Assembly (NCBI GenBank): GCA_024137785.1
Contig: JAHRHZ010000133.1
Location: 24,306,158 to 24,370,157 of the forward strand
DNA: 64,000 nt
DNA from: Ginglymostoma cirratum
Lineage: Eukaryota
Direction of reading: 5' to 3'
Of this stretch, positions 1 through 11,270 are shown piece after piece (position 1 is the first letter of the stretch; each line of letters opens with the position of its first letter). Made by a program: the position numbers and the translations under genes. Under the pieces are notes generated by a model. That model saw only the letters and a program-made list of their open reading frames with translations, was not told where the DNA came from and did no database searches.

Positions 1-29
<29 letters not shown>
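1..29. repeat. (AC)n microsatellite, truncated by window start
   Basis: Perfect AC run. Confidence 0.97.
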
Positions 30-31
<2 letters not shown>

Positions 32-59
32 AAAACAGGTAGGTTTGCCCACAGGGTAC

Positions 60-840
60 AGAAACGGGTTAGACATGTGCACTATTTTGAGGAGCAGCTT
101 AGACCTTTCAAGTACAATAATATTGATAAAAGCAACAAACCTCCCCAGAAGGACTAGCAAAAACATCAAGGGCAGAGGACAAATTGCAAATATTGTGGAG
201 GTTATCACACAAAACAGAAGAACCATTTTCAGCGTGGAGAAAATAGGGTTATAACAGTAAGGAACAAAACCACTTTGCTTCTAAGTGTTTAACATGGACA
301 CTAGCAAATCTATGAAGTCGATAGACAAGACTGCCAATGAGTTGTTTGATGACAATTCAGCCAAATCAAGTGTGGATTCTATAGAGATGTTGGGCAAAGA
401 TTTGGAAAATTTAATCTAAACATTAGGTTGGCTGGCTTTGTCACATTTAAAGGAGAAAAATGGTTAGCAAAATAGCGATGAAGACAGCAGAACAAGCGCA
501 TCAAATGAATAAGAAATACCAAATACACACCAACTCTGACACTGGAGCATACAAGTTTTACAGACCTTGAGGCTCTGTAACAAAATGATGCTCACTCCAA
601 GAGGACAAATTATTCTTCGAGGCCAATGCTGTGGCAAATATGGAGGTCTGGAATTCCATCTAATATATACAAAGATAAAGCCATTTATCTCAGCTGAATA
701 ATTGCAAAGCTTGGACAAATAACCATGTTAGAAGAGACTTAGGACACACTGAATGATGAACTGACAAAGTAAGAGCGCAAGAACAAGAGTGTCCAACTGC
801 AGGACAACAAACAGAACTTGATGCTGAAGTCCGATAAGAA
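60..840 (+). mobile_element. Decayed Ty3/Gypsy-type LTR retrotransposon gag-protease relic
   Basis: Hand translation: CKYCGGYH (~185-208) and KEQNHFASKC (~259-288) resemble a gag zinc knuckle. Frameshifted Q-L/D-T-G-A aspartic protease motif at 531-549, then TPRGQIILRGQCCGKYGGLEFHLI..KPFISAE (~594-697). Stops and frameshifts throughout. Confidence 0.7.
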
Positions 841-891
841 AGTTTGTGTTGCCTGACATAGCCAATGGCATTAAAGAAACTGAGTTTAAAG

Positions 892-1130
892 CAACAGTTC
901 ATTAATCTAGTTACTCTCTCTGTTGACATTTTCTTTCCAAGCATGTTCCACGTGCAGATTATTAGCTTTTTGTCCCATGACTGCTGGTTGGAATAATGTG
1001 CTCTTTGGTTCTGTTTCAAAATCATCTCAGCTGACTTAGACGTGGGAGGAAATGCCAATTACCTTCATGTGGAACATGCTTAGAAAGAAAATGTCAAAAA
1101 AGAGGCTAACTAGATCAACAGTTGTTTGCA
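892..1130. repeat. Imperfect inverted repeat (fold-back/MITE-like), ~65 bp arms
   Basis: 904-970 ATCTAGTTA..TTGACATTTTCTTTCCAAGCATGTTCCACGTG is the near reverse complement of 1050-1116 CATGTGGAACATGCTTAGAAAGAAAATGTCAA..TAACTAGAT. Confidence 0.85.
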
Positions 1131-1343
1131 TTATTGGGCAACTTGACTAACTCACAATGTTAATAGTAGTGCACACAAATTGTTATTATTTGTAAGGACA
1201 TTGGGATGGTTCGATGGAAGTTGCACTGATGTGTTTCCTGGCTTGTCTTAGTTATTTGACTCTGCCAGAGGCACTCACTGCAGGCAGATATGTTACACAG
1301 TTAAGTGTACTTAAGAGTGCTAATTACTGACACAGTAAAGCTA

Positions 1344-1439
1344 GTTTTGAGGAAGAGTCACTGGACTCAAAATGTGAACTCTGATTTTTCTTCACAGATG
1401 CTGCCAGAACTGCTGAGCTTTTCCAGCAATTCCTGTTTT
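1344..1439 (+). mobile_element. Short Penelope-like pseudo-LTR insertion with decayed hammerhead motif and 16-bp TSD
   Basis: Perfect direct repeat TGACACAGTAAAGCTA at 1328-1343 and 1440-1455. Internal AGTT-TTGAGGA-A-GAGTC(ACTG)GACTC-AAAA-TGTG-AACT followed by CACAGATGCTGCCAGAACTGCTGAG. Confidence 0.75.
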
Positions 1440-1489
1440 TGACACAGTAAAGCTACACTGTTGTCCTGTTGCTCATCACAAAGATAAAG

Positions 1490-2510
1490 TACTTGTCGGC
1501 CACTGTGGGGCCAATGGCATAATAGGATAAAAGGAGATGCAGCAAAAGGACTAGCAGAGTTAAGAACTAAATTAAAACTTACAACTCATGGTTGGTCATC
1601 TCTAGGTAAGTACCCCCCATGTGATCCACCAATTAGCACAGGAATAGGCAAGTCAGGAATATAAGTATGTGTTTGAAAAATTTGTGTGGGAAGGAGAGGC
1701 TCCATTTCATGGCACACAGATACCAATACTGGGAAATTAAGTAGAAACACCTCTAGGACAACCTTCACCCGAACTGGAGCAGGACCAGCATCCTAGCAGA
1801 AAGAATAAGTATGCTGTGCACAGGAGTTTAAACTAACAAGATGGATGAAGGATTTGGTGAAAATAATCCAAGCCTAAGATGAAAGAAATAGATGAAAATT
1901 ACAGTCATATCAAGGTAACGAATAAGGGTAATACAAATGGACAGAAAATAAATACACCAAAAGAACATCAGTATAAAACTACTGCTCAAATAAAGTGAGT
2001 GCAACATTTTTTTTAAGAAGTTAATAATGCACAGTATCCAAAATACATGGTGGCAAACTGGGGGTAATACATCTGCTGCCTCACTAAAAAGTATTAGGGT
2101 TTACTGAAACATACTGACATAAAGAATATGACTGGTAGTTAAGTGTTGCAGGAGTTAACAGAAATGATACAGAAAAAAGATGGAACTGGAGGGAGTAACA
2201 TAGTTCAAAAAATACAGACAACGTTATGTTAAAATTAACACGAACATAGCAAACATTAAAATCACAACAGTATCCATATGGGTTAAAGGATAAGAAGAAA
2301 TCAGTCATTACAGTGGAAGCAAAATGAAGTATAAACATATCTAAGGAAGTTATTTCTAAACATTTACTAACAATAATGGGAGATTTCAACTATTCCAAAT
2401 AACCTGCCTAGTAGGGAAAGGCAAAAACTGAATGGAATTTGTAAAAAAAAGTGTGTCAGAATTCCTTTCCTATCAAACTTGTTAGAAACATAACAAGAGA
2501 GCAATAATGT
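1490..2510 (+). mobile_element. Old CR1-clade LINE 5' region (ORF1 SGNH-esterase and endonuclease remnants)
   Basis: Degenerate H-vG-aN-(d)I..ELRTKLK esterase motif (~1500-1576) and IMGDFNY endonuclease motif (~2373-2393). Homologous to 7405-9200. Confidence 0.6.
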
Positions 2511-2512
2511 GA

Positions 2513-2570
2513 TGTTCTGATGTCTGGGTCACTGGACTTGAAATGCTAACTCTGTTTCTCTCTCATCAAA
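2513..2570 (+). mobile_element. Truncated Penelope-like pseudo-LTR/hammerhead remnant
   Basis: TGTT-CTGATG..GGGTC(ACTG)GACTT-GAAA-TGCT-AACT-CTGTTTCTCTCTC, same family as 1344-1439. Confidence 0.6.
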
Positions 2571-5500
2571 AAATTCTCATCTCCTGTTTAATTCATACAT
2601 GTATAAGTAGTTCACGTCTTGGGAGATAAAGGGCTCCTTGCCACTTACCTGGCTTAGAAAGACTATGGACCTAGACTCCAGAACACATTCTGGCCTATAT
2701 TTCAACAACTGATTTTTGAGCAACACAAGTGAGGGAAGAACATAGAACCTGGAAGGCTTCCTTTCGCTTCTTGCTGGTTTCTCTCACCATATTGGAAAAA
2801 CAACTTGGGAAAACAACCAACCATTCACTGAGACTCAGAGATATCTACCGATCTGGTAACTGCTGAAGATAAGCATCTACAATTAATCAACTGCGGCCTC
2901 AAGTTTTAAATTTAATTCTTCAAATATTTGAAGTATTTCTAAACTGTGAAACCTTATTTCTCTTTATCTATACCAAGCACTCTTCCTTTAAATTTATAAC
3001 CTGTGTTTATGTGTGTTTGAGGCCACATTTTTATAATTTTTTTCTTGAGGTTAGTATATAATATTATTCTCTTTCTTTCACTCAAGACAACTTTGGTAAT
3101 TGGCATTTTAGTAGAAGAGTGAGAACTGTATGCAAAAAAAAAATGTGTAGCTCCTTACCAAGAGGGGGCATAAAAAGAGGGAACTTGATTCTCCCTTCTC
3201 ATAGCAATAAAGATAGCTATTATTCTATAGATAAATTACTAACAAATGACGTATCAATATAGATACTGGGCTATTAAGAAAGTGGAAGCTAAACCTAGAG
3301 GTCATGACATCATGGTAGACTGTAACTTTGTTTTAGTATTTATCAGGGACGTTATCATGAAACTGGGAGAGATTAAAATATATATGAAGACACTTAGTAA
3401 AGAGAGTAAATTTTAAAGATTGCTAATGCACTAAACTTGGAGGTATGGTAACTAGCAAGGAAAACCTCCTTTTGTGATTTAAGCATATAATGTTCTGACT
3501 TAGATAAGATTGCAACTCTGATCACTAATTCACAACTGAGACAGATTATGGCATTTACAAATACAGGAAAATATGCTTCATAGAAACAGGAATTGTTAAA
3601 TAAAACAAAGACCAAGATCCCCATTTGGTTCACTTCCTGCTGAAAGCAATGCCAAATTCCATGCTCTGATCTCTCTGATGTAGATATTTGTATTTCTATT
3701 CAGTTTTGCATTAATGTAATAGCCAACAGAAGTTTTCAAAACAATGATATGCACACGAGCACCTTGGCATTCTTCGTCAATCAACATATGTTGGACTGGA
3801 AGCTGGAAATCTGCATCTGAGAAGCTCCTTTAAATCTCAATTAAAAACGAAGATCTGTTGTGATAAAATAATACTTATGTTACATGGCTTTATAACTTTT
3901 TGATGGGTGTAGATTAGATATGTCTTAATGGCTTGCTAGTTGTTGGAATATAAATCAAACTATTTCCTTTGAAAGCCAAGGAAGTGCATTCTTGAACTGT
4001 GCCAGACATAGTATTGCCAACTGGCATCTGTGCGGTAGTTGTGTGAAGATAAGGGCTGAAGTGTCTCAAATTAAATTAGCCATCAATGTGACATGTCTTA
4101 CATACTTGCAGGAATTGAGTTTATACATAAAATGTTTCTGAGTCACATTTTTAATTAGTCTGCTTTTAAGATGTTGTAGACCAAATTAACACCTCAATTG
4201 GTGTCTGAAATGCAAATGATGGTTTGTGTGTTTGCTTATGACCTTCTGGGGGGAAGGAAAAAAACCTGTTTATTATTGATTCTTTTCAAAGTTGCAGCTG
4301 CAATTTGAAACAAAAAGTACATTCCCCACAAAAGGCATAAAAATGTAGCCTTGCAGTATATGTCTGACGTGCTTACCATTCTCCAGCAGTTAACGTTATG
4401 AACCTCAAACCGAGATTAAATCACACACTCTCAATTTTAAATAGATTTCCACATGCTAGGTGACCTCTGTAACCAAATTAAAATGCTAAGATGTGTAAAT
4501 TTAGGGGGAAAAAAATGCAAAAAACCCATAAAACTAAACAGCTGCAGATTTAATGAGATGTATGGGGAGTAGGGAAGTAGAAGCAAATAAAACAGACTAT
4601 ACAACTATCCTGAAACACTGCAAAGTTTTATGTTAATCTTGACATAAACAGAAAGAGAGAAAATCATACATTTCAAGCAATGTGGAGAAGATGCTTGGAG
4701 CTGGCCACTTTCATGCTGTCAACTGGATTTGGACACTATAACGTCATGGAATGAGAAGCTTTTTCCCACCTCCAGCCTGAGTTACAAACTGGTGTATCAC
4801 TTCACATAAAAATAACTCACGAGTCTTCCTCATAATTTGCATTCGTTTTTATTTTGTTTCCAGCTGCCTTAGCAACTTATTCATTCCTGTAGAAATTAGT
4901 TATGATTGTTAGTCAATTAAGAAGGTGTTACTTTAAACAAAACATAAGCATTTTTGACTATGATGGATTATTTACTTGATCATTGCTTGCCGGCCACAGA
5001 AGATACAGACTTCATTGGTAAATGCATGTAAGTTGTTCCTATGGGACTAAGGATGTTTAAGTAAGCTAATGATTATGAAGAGTGCAGAGTCTTTACCCTG
5101 TTTTATCCATACAAGTATCCTAATAGTAGCTTGAATTAGCGTAACTCCCTGCAATGGTCAGGTGTTATGTGTTTTTTCTTGACAAATAAATGGTTCCCCA
5201 AGAATTGATCAAGACATTCAATTGAGATGTTCAATGTCTTGGATGTCTTGGGGATCATGTAATAGGTTTAACTGACAGTTATACCCAAAATGCAAAAAAA
5301 ATAGGAATTAGAATGAAGGGTAGGGGCCTGATTATTTGTAATTCATTGGATGGAATACACCTTAGTCAACAGCATGCAATTTTGGGGTATTTTTGCATGT
5401 TCTGACCTGACCATTTAGTCTAAAGTCAGCAGCGATGAAGAGTTAGTCAGAGACTTCTGTGCTATTGTACAACTTAAGGAGCCATGGTTCAATGATCAGT

Positions 5501-5724
5501 CCACTGTTAAAAATTGCTGCAGAAGAAACATATCTGTCGTTCTTGGCACCTAAGAATGACAATGTTTGTAAGTACATTAAATTTACCGGCTGTTCCAAAT
5601 TCTATTCATTTACCAGCTTTATATTCAATAACTATTTAATGTCTTCATAAAAGTTTTGAATGTGATGTTTACTAGAATGGTATCAAGATGAGGAACTTCA
5701 ATTATGTGGAGAGAGTGACATAAC

Positions 5725-6170
5725 GCTCAAGAACTAGCTGTGCTCCTAGCCAAACTGTTCTTGTACCACTGTACTATCAGGCTCATCCTGTCCATAAAAA
5801 AAAGTAGGACAAATCTAACCCAGACAATAGCCATCCTCAGGTGGCTCTCAATAATCAGAAAAGTGATGGGAAGTGCCATCAAGCAACACTTACTCAGCAG
5901 TAAACTGCTCATATATATGCAGCATGGGTTTGCTAGGGCTACTCAGTTGCCAACTTCATTACAGCTGTGGTTCAAACATAAACAGCAGAACTGAGCTCAA
6001 GAGGTGAAGTGATAATGTCAAATGCTGCATTGATGCCGAGGGCCATCAAAAAGCAGCATCCAAGAGCTCTGAAAAACTGAAGACAATGGGAATCAGAGGA
6101 AAAACTCTCTATTTCTTGGAGTCATACATAGCAGAAAGGAAAATGGTTGTGTTGTTGCTTGACAGTTGTC
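5725..6170 (+). mobile_element. Non-LTR retrotransposon RT fragment (CR1/Jockey-group, distinct from the HER1-type copies)
   Basis: Pieces reading ELAVLLAKLF, PVHKK.DKSNP, SIIRKVM, IKQHLLSSKLL..QHGF, MGIRGK, SYIAERKMVV. Multiple frameshifts. Confidence 0.75.
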
Positions 6171-6189
6171 AGAGAAAATGTTCAAAGAT

Positions 6190-7400
6190 GATAAAAGAAC
6201 TTATATCAGGGTATCTGGATAAAAGTTCAGGGTCATGAGGCAAAGGCAATATGATTTTGTGAAAGCAAAATCATGTTTGAACAATCTATTGAAGTTCTTT
6301 GTTGAAACAACTGATACTTGGATGAAGGGAATTGATGAATGCACTATATTTGTATGTATGGGATCATATAATGGTATAGATAGAGGATTAGTGAACGGGA
6401 AGTAGACAATTGGCATAAATGTGTCTTTTCAGGCTAAGAAGAGCAACAGGAGGTGTGCCACTGGGATCTCAATTATTTATCATTTTCATAAATGACTTAG
6501 ATGAAGGGACAGGAGGTGTGGTTGCTAAACTTACTGGCAGCACAAAGATGGCTAGGAATGTAAATTGTGAAAAGGACCTGGGGGAATATATAAAAAAAAA
6601 ATAGATTAGGTGAGTAAAAAGTTGTGGAAAATGGAATATAGTGAGGGGAAAGGTAAAATTGTCTATTTTAGCAGGAAGAATAAAAAAGAAGCATGTTGCA
6701 GAGATTGCAAAATTGTTAGATACAAAGAAATCAAGAGGCCCTCATGCATGAATTATAAAGGGTGAATATGCAGGCACAGCAAGTAATTAGGAAAAGTAAT
6801 AGAATGTTATTTTCTATTGCAAGGTGAAATTAATACAAATGTATGAGGTATTGCTTTAGTTACGAGACTACATCTGGGGTACTGACCATAGCATTGGTCA
6901 CATTTTTTAAGGAAAGATGTAACTGTGCTAGAGGCGGTTCAGAGAAGGTTTATCAGGCTCACACCTGGAACGAGACTGTCACATGAAGAAAGGTTGACAG
7001 GCTAGGCTTGTAACTGCTGGAGTTTAGAAGAGTAAATAGTGACTGGATTGAACCATGCAAGATCCTGAAGAATTTTCACAGGGTAGGTATGGAGCGGGTG
7101 TTTCCTCTTATGGGAGAATCTAGAACTAGGGGTCACAGTTTAAAAATCAGTGGTCACCCATTTAAAACCGAGACTTTTCTTTCAAAGTGTCATGAATTTT
7201 TGGGACTCATTTCTTGAAATGGTGGTTGAAGCAGAATCCTTGACTGCATTTCAAGCAGAAGTAGACAGATTTCCTGTTAAGCATGGGGGTGAAAAGTTAT
7301 CAGGATTAGGTGGGAATACGGATATAAGGTTACAATAATATCAGCCACGATCTTATCGAATAGCAAAGCGGGCTGCATAGCTTACTCCCGTACCAGGTAT
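6190..7400 (+). mobile_element. CR1/HER1-type LINE, degraded RT and 3' end
   Basis: GVPLGSQLFIIFINDLDEG (ORF 6419), VQRRFIRL, SRTRGHSLKI and FFQSVMNFWDS motifs, then a typical CR1 3' UTR. Confidence 0.9.
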
Positions 7401-7404
7401 TCCT

Positions 7405-9001
7405 CAGGGTTCATGTCCTGGGCCCAACCTCCTTAAGTGCTTCATTATTGCCCTTCCCTCCATCATAAGGTCTGAAATGGAAATGTACATTAAACATTTC
7501 AAATTTGGACAATGGTCACGGATAGGACAGTGCGACAAGTAGTGAGGCAGGTAAAGGGGTCCTGAATGCAGCATTGAAGAAGCCACAGGGACAAGTTTCT
7601 TGTTCCCTGTGTGGATGAGAAAAGAGTCTGCAGAGAGGATGCTCGAATTAACCATTGCACATGGTCCAGGAAGCCATTCAAGTGAGCGGAGCACAATGAA
7701 AAGTGATGGTGGTACATGATTTTAATATTGGGCGGGGGACAGATAGCATTCTTTGTGAGCAGGATCTAGAGTCTAGCATGGTGTGTTGCCTGCCTAGTGC
7801 TAAGGTAAGAGACACCTCGAGTCAACTTAAAAAAGATACTGAAGCAGAGGGGGAGGATTCAATTATTGTGGTCCATGTTGACACAAAAATATGGGCAAGT
7901 AGTTCTGTTTGGTGAAAATCAGGAATTAGGAACAAAATTAAAAAATAGGACCTTGAAGTTTATAATAATCATCTCCAGATTATTGCCTAAACCATGTGCA
8001 AATTGCCAAAGAGACAAGAAGATTAGGAAAGTAAATACATGGCTAAATGATTGGTGTGGGAAAGATGGGTTCTGATGTGTGGGGCACTGGCATCAGTGTT
8101 GGGACAGGAGGAAACTGTACCATCGAGACAGTACACTGGAACAGATCTGGGAACAAGGGTCCTAGCGGAACGATTAAATGGATGGAGATTGGGGAGGAGG
8201 GGTGGTGGAGGGGGGGGGTTGTTAGTCACAAATTAAATTAAATCAATAGAAAGAATCTGTGTGGGTAGATTTGAAGAACTACAAAGGAAAAAAGACCCTG
8301 ATGGGAGTTGTGTATATCCTTGCAATAGTCAGGAGGTGGGGTAGAAAATAAATCAGGAGATAGGAAAGGCATGTGAGAAAGGCACTATCACAACAATCAT
8401 GGGGGATTTCAATACGCCAGTGGACTGGAAAAATCAGTTTGGTAGCAGCTCTCAAGAAAAGGAATTTGTGGAATGTCTATGTGATTATTTGTGAAGTAGT
8501 TTTTGGTACAGCCCACTACGGAACAGGCAATTCTGGATTTGGTGATGCGTATTGAGTCAGACTTGATTGGGGAGTTAAGGTGAAGGAATTCCCAGAGGGA
8601 AGTAACAACATCTGATAGAATTCATTCTGCAGTTTGAGCAAGAGTGGCTGAAATTAGATGTAATAATATTACAATATTACAAAGGCAACCACTAAGACGT
8701 CAGGGATGAGCTGGTCAAAGTTGATTGGATGGGGAGCCTAGCAGGGAAGACTGTAGAGCAGCAGGTTTCTGGGGGTAATTTGAGAGACACAGCAGAAATA
8801 TATCCCGAGGAAGAAGGATCATACTACTGGGGTGGTTGAGGCAACCGTGGCTGACAAGGGAATTCAGGGACAGCATAAAAGCAAAAGAAAAAGCATACAA
8901 TGTGGTAAAGATCAGTGGGAAGTCAGAAGTTTGAGAAGCCTTTAAAAACCAGCAGTGGGCAACTGAAAAGAAAGCAATAGCTGGGGGCTGGGGGTGGGGG
9001 G

Positions 9002-9040
<39 letters not shown>

Positions 9041-9200
9041 GAAAAGGGTGAGGTTAAATATGATGGGAAGTCAGCTAGTAATATAAAACAAGATTGCAAG
9101 AGTTTTTTTGGATGTTTAAAAGGAAAGAGAAAGGCAAGAGTGGACATTGGACTGCTAAAAAATGATGGTGGAGAAGTAGTGTTATTGAAGGAGCCTTGGT
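7405..9200 (+). mobile_element. CR1-clade LINE 5' half (ORF1 SGNH esterase, APE endonuclease, linker)
   Basis: ORF track: RGTDSILCEQDLESSMVCCLPSAKVRD..EGEDSIIVVHV and ELGTKLKNRT..IISRLLP..VNTWLNDWCGKDGF. IMGDFN near 8397. NIKQDCKSFFGCLKGKR..IGLLKND near the end. Confidence 0.85.
9006..9038. repeat. (GT)n microsatellite inside LINE
   Basis: Perfect GT run. Confidence 0.95.
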
Positions 9201-10611
9201 AAGTTACTACAGCAGTGATCAGTCCATAAACTATCTACAACAGAATTCAAAAGCAACATAGTTTTAAATAGCTACAGACAGGATGAAAGCAGGACCATAT
9301 ATAACGTTATCAGGTCAATCACTTTCATACAACAGCATTGGGTCAGCACCTTGCACTTCAACATGATGACATGGAATTTTAATTTCAACTATGCCCATCT
9401 TAACAGTTCTTTTATTATATTTGGCTTTATATTTGAAATACAAACTTTTATATGAGTTTTTCACCCCAAACAATTTGTAGCGATACTGTGTCTAAAGGTC
9501 TGAAGACCCACAGCGCTTAAACCTCATTGAAAATAAAACAAAATGTGAGTTTTCATAGGAGATAAGAAAGACTGTCATATTTAATGTCTGCATTATACTA
9601 CCATGTGGGGTCTACACTAAAAATTTCAAGTTTCCTAAGAGTTAGAAGGGTTGCTATTTGGCAATCATTGTTAGTCTCTTTGTATTAGGGCTCACTTCCA
9701 TACTCAGCAACTGCACTCTGCAGTGCTATCGATGAATAATCCTAAACCAACAAATGTTACACAAAAAAACAAACTTAATTCACAAGTGTCAATTCATTCT
9801 AGTAAGCAATAGATAACCAGAACTGGGATTGTATTTTGCTGCAGTGTCAGGTTTTAGCCTTCAGGCAAGTTCTTATCTTATTCTTCAATTTTCATTTTTT
9901 ATAATCTTCATTTCTGTTCTGTTATGTCAGATGATGGCACTGGTTTAAATTTGGGTTTAAATTAATTTGGTGCTTGTGGTTTACACCAGTTCCATCTGGA
10001 GGAGGATCTATTCCGCTCTTTCGTGCAGTGTTCAGTTTGAATTGGAGATTAATATTACTTTTACATTACATACACTGTAAACAATTTTGGCACATCCTGT
10101 GGTCAGGGGAAAAAGAGCTACATAAATCAAATTTCCTTCTTTCTGCCAAGTAGTTATATTGTATTTAAGGTTGTGAGGGATAGGCTGTCAATGTTCCGCA
10201 TTTGTGCAACACTGCTTGTGATTAGTTAAGGACTTTAGTACAACACAGTTTGTTTATGATATGTCTTAGAATGTAGTCCTGGTTATATTGATCTTTCTTG
10301 ATACCATCTGTATAGGGTTAGCTGTAAGAAATGTTTAATACAGTTCTGAATCACAAGCAACTTCACAAATGGAAAGAACGGATGAAGGATGGACTTAATA
10401 GATCCTTTGAATTATGAAGCAATTTAACACTGCGGACAGAGAGAACGATATGAGTCTGTAACAAAGGAAAACAAATTAAAAATATCGATGAACAGACCAG
10501 TTAAAGGAATTAGCAAGAATTTCCTTAGGGTATTTGCAACAACAAACTGTTACATGAAGTGTTATATTCTCTATATTCTACAGAAGAAAAAGAGATATAC
10601 GACATAATGGT

Positions 10612-11270
10612 GATCATAAGACATTGGAACAGAAGTAGGTCATTCTGCCAATCGAGTTTTCTTACCATTCAATGAGATCATGGCTGATCCAGTAATCTTG
10701 AACACCACTTTCCTGCCTTTTCCCTATAACCCTGGATTCTCTTACTGATTAAAAATCTGTATCTCAATCTTGAATATGCTTAATAATCCAACCTCAACAG
10801 CCCTCTGTGGTAAAAAAATTCCACAGATTCACTAACTTCATAGAAAAATTCCTCTTCGTCTCTGGTCTTAGACACTTCCACAAGGGGAAACAACCTTTCC
10901 ACATCTACATTGTAAAACCAACTAAGAATCTTGTACGTTTCAATAGGTTGCCTTTCATTCATCTAAGCACCAAATGAGTACAAATCCAAACTACTCAATC
11001 TCTCCTCATAAGAAAACCCCTCCATACCTGGAATCAACTTAGGGAACTTCTCTGGACTGCCTCCAATGTCAGTACATCTTTCTTCACAGATGAGGACTAA
11101 ACCTGTTCATAATATTATTGGTGAGGTCAAACTAGTGACTTCCCATTTTTGTATCGTAATGAATATGTGATAAAGGGTAACATTCTATTTGCTTTCTCTA
11201 TTACCTGCGGAATCTGCATGCTAACTTTTTGTGATTTGTGCACGCAGACTCCCAAATCCCTGTGCTGCAG
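10612..11270 (-). mobile_element. CR1/HER1-type LINE 3' fragment
   Basis: Minus ORFs QHRDLGVCVHKSQKVSMQ..VIEKANRML and IETYKILS..VDVERLFPLV. Reverse-complemented 3' tail CATAAGACATTGGAACAGAAGTAGGTCATT. Confidence 0.88.

Noticed and set aside
2590-3210. Possible solo LTR interrupting old CR1 sequence
   Set aside because: No clear TG..CA termini, TSD or second copy could be verified.
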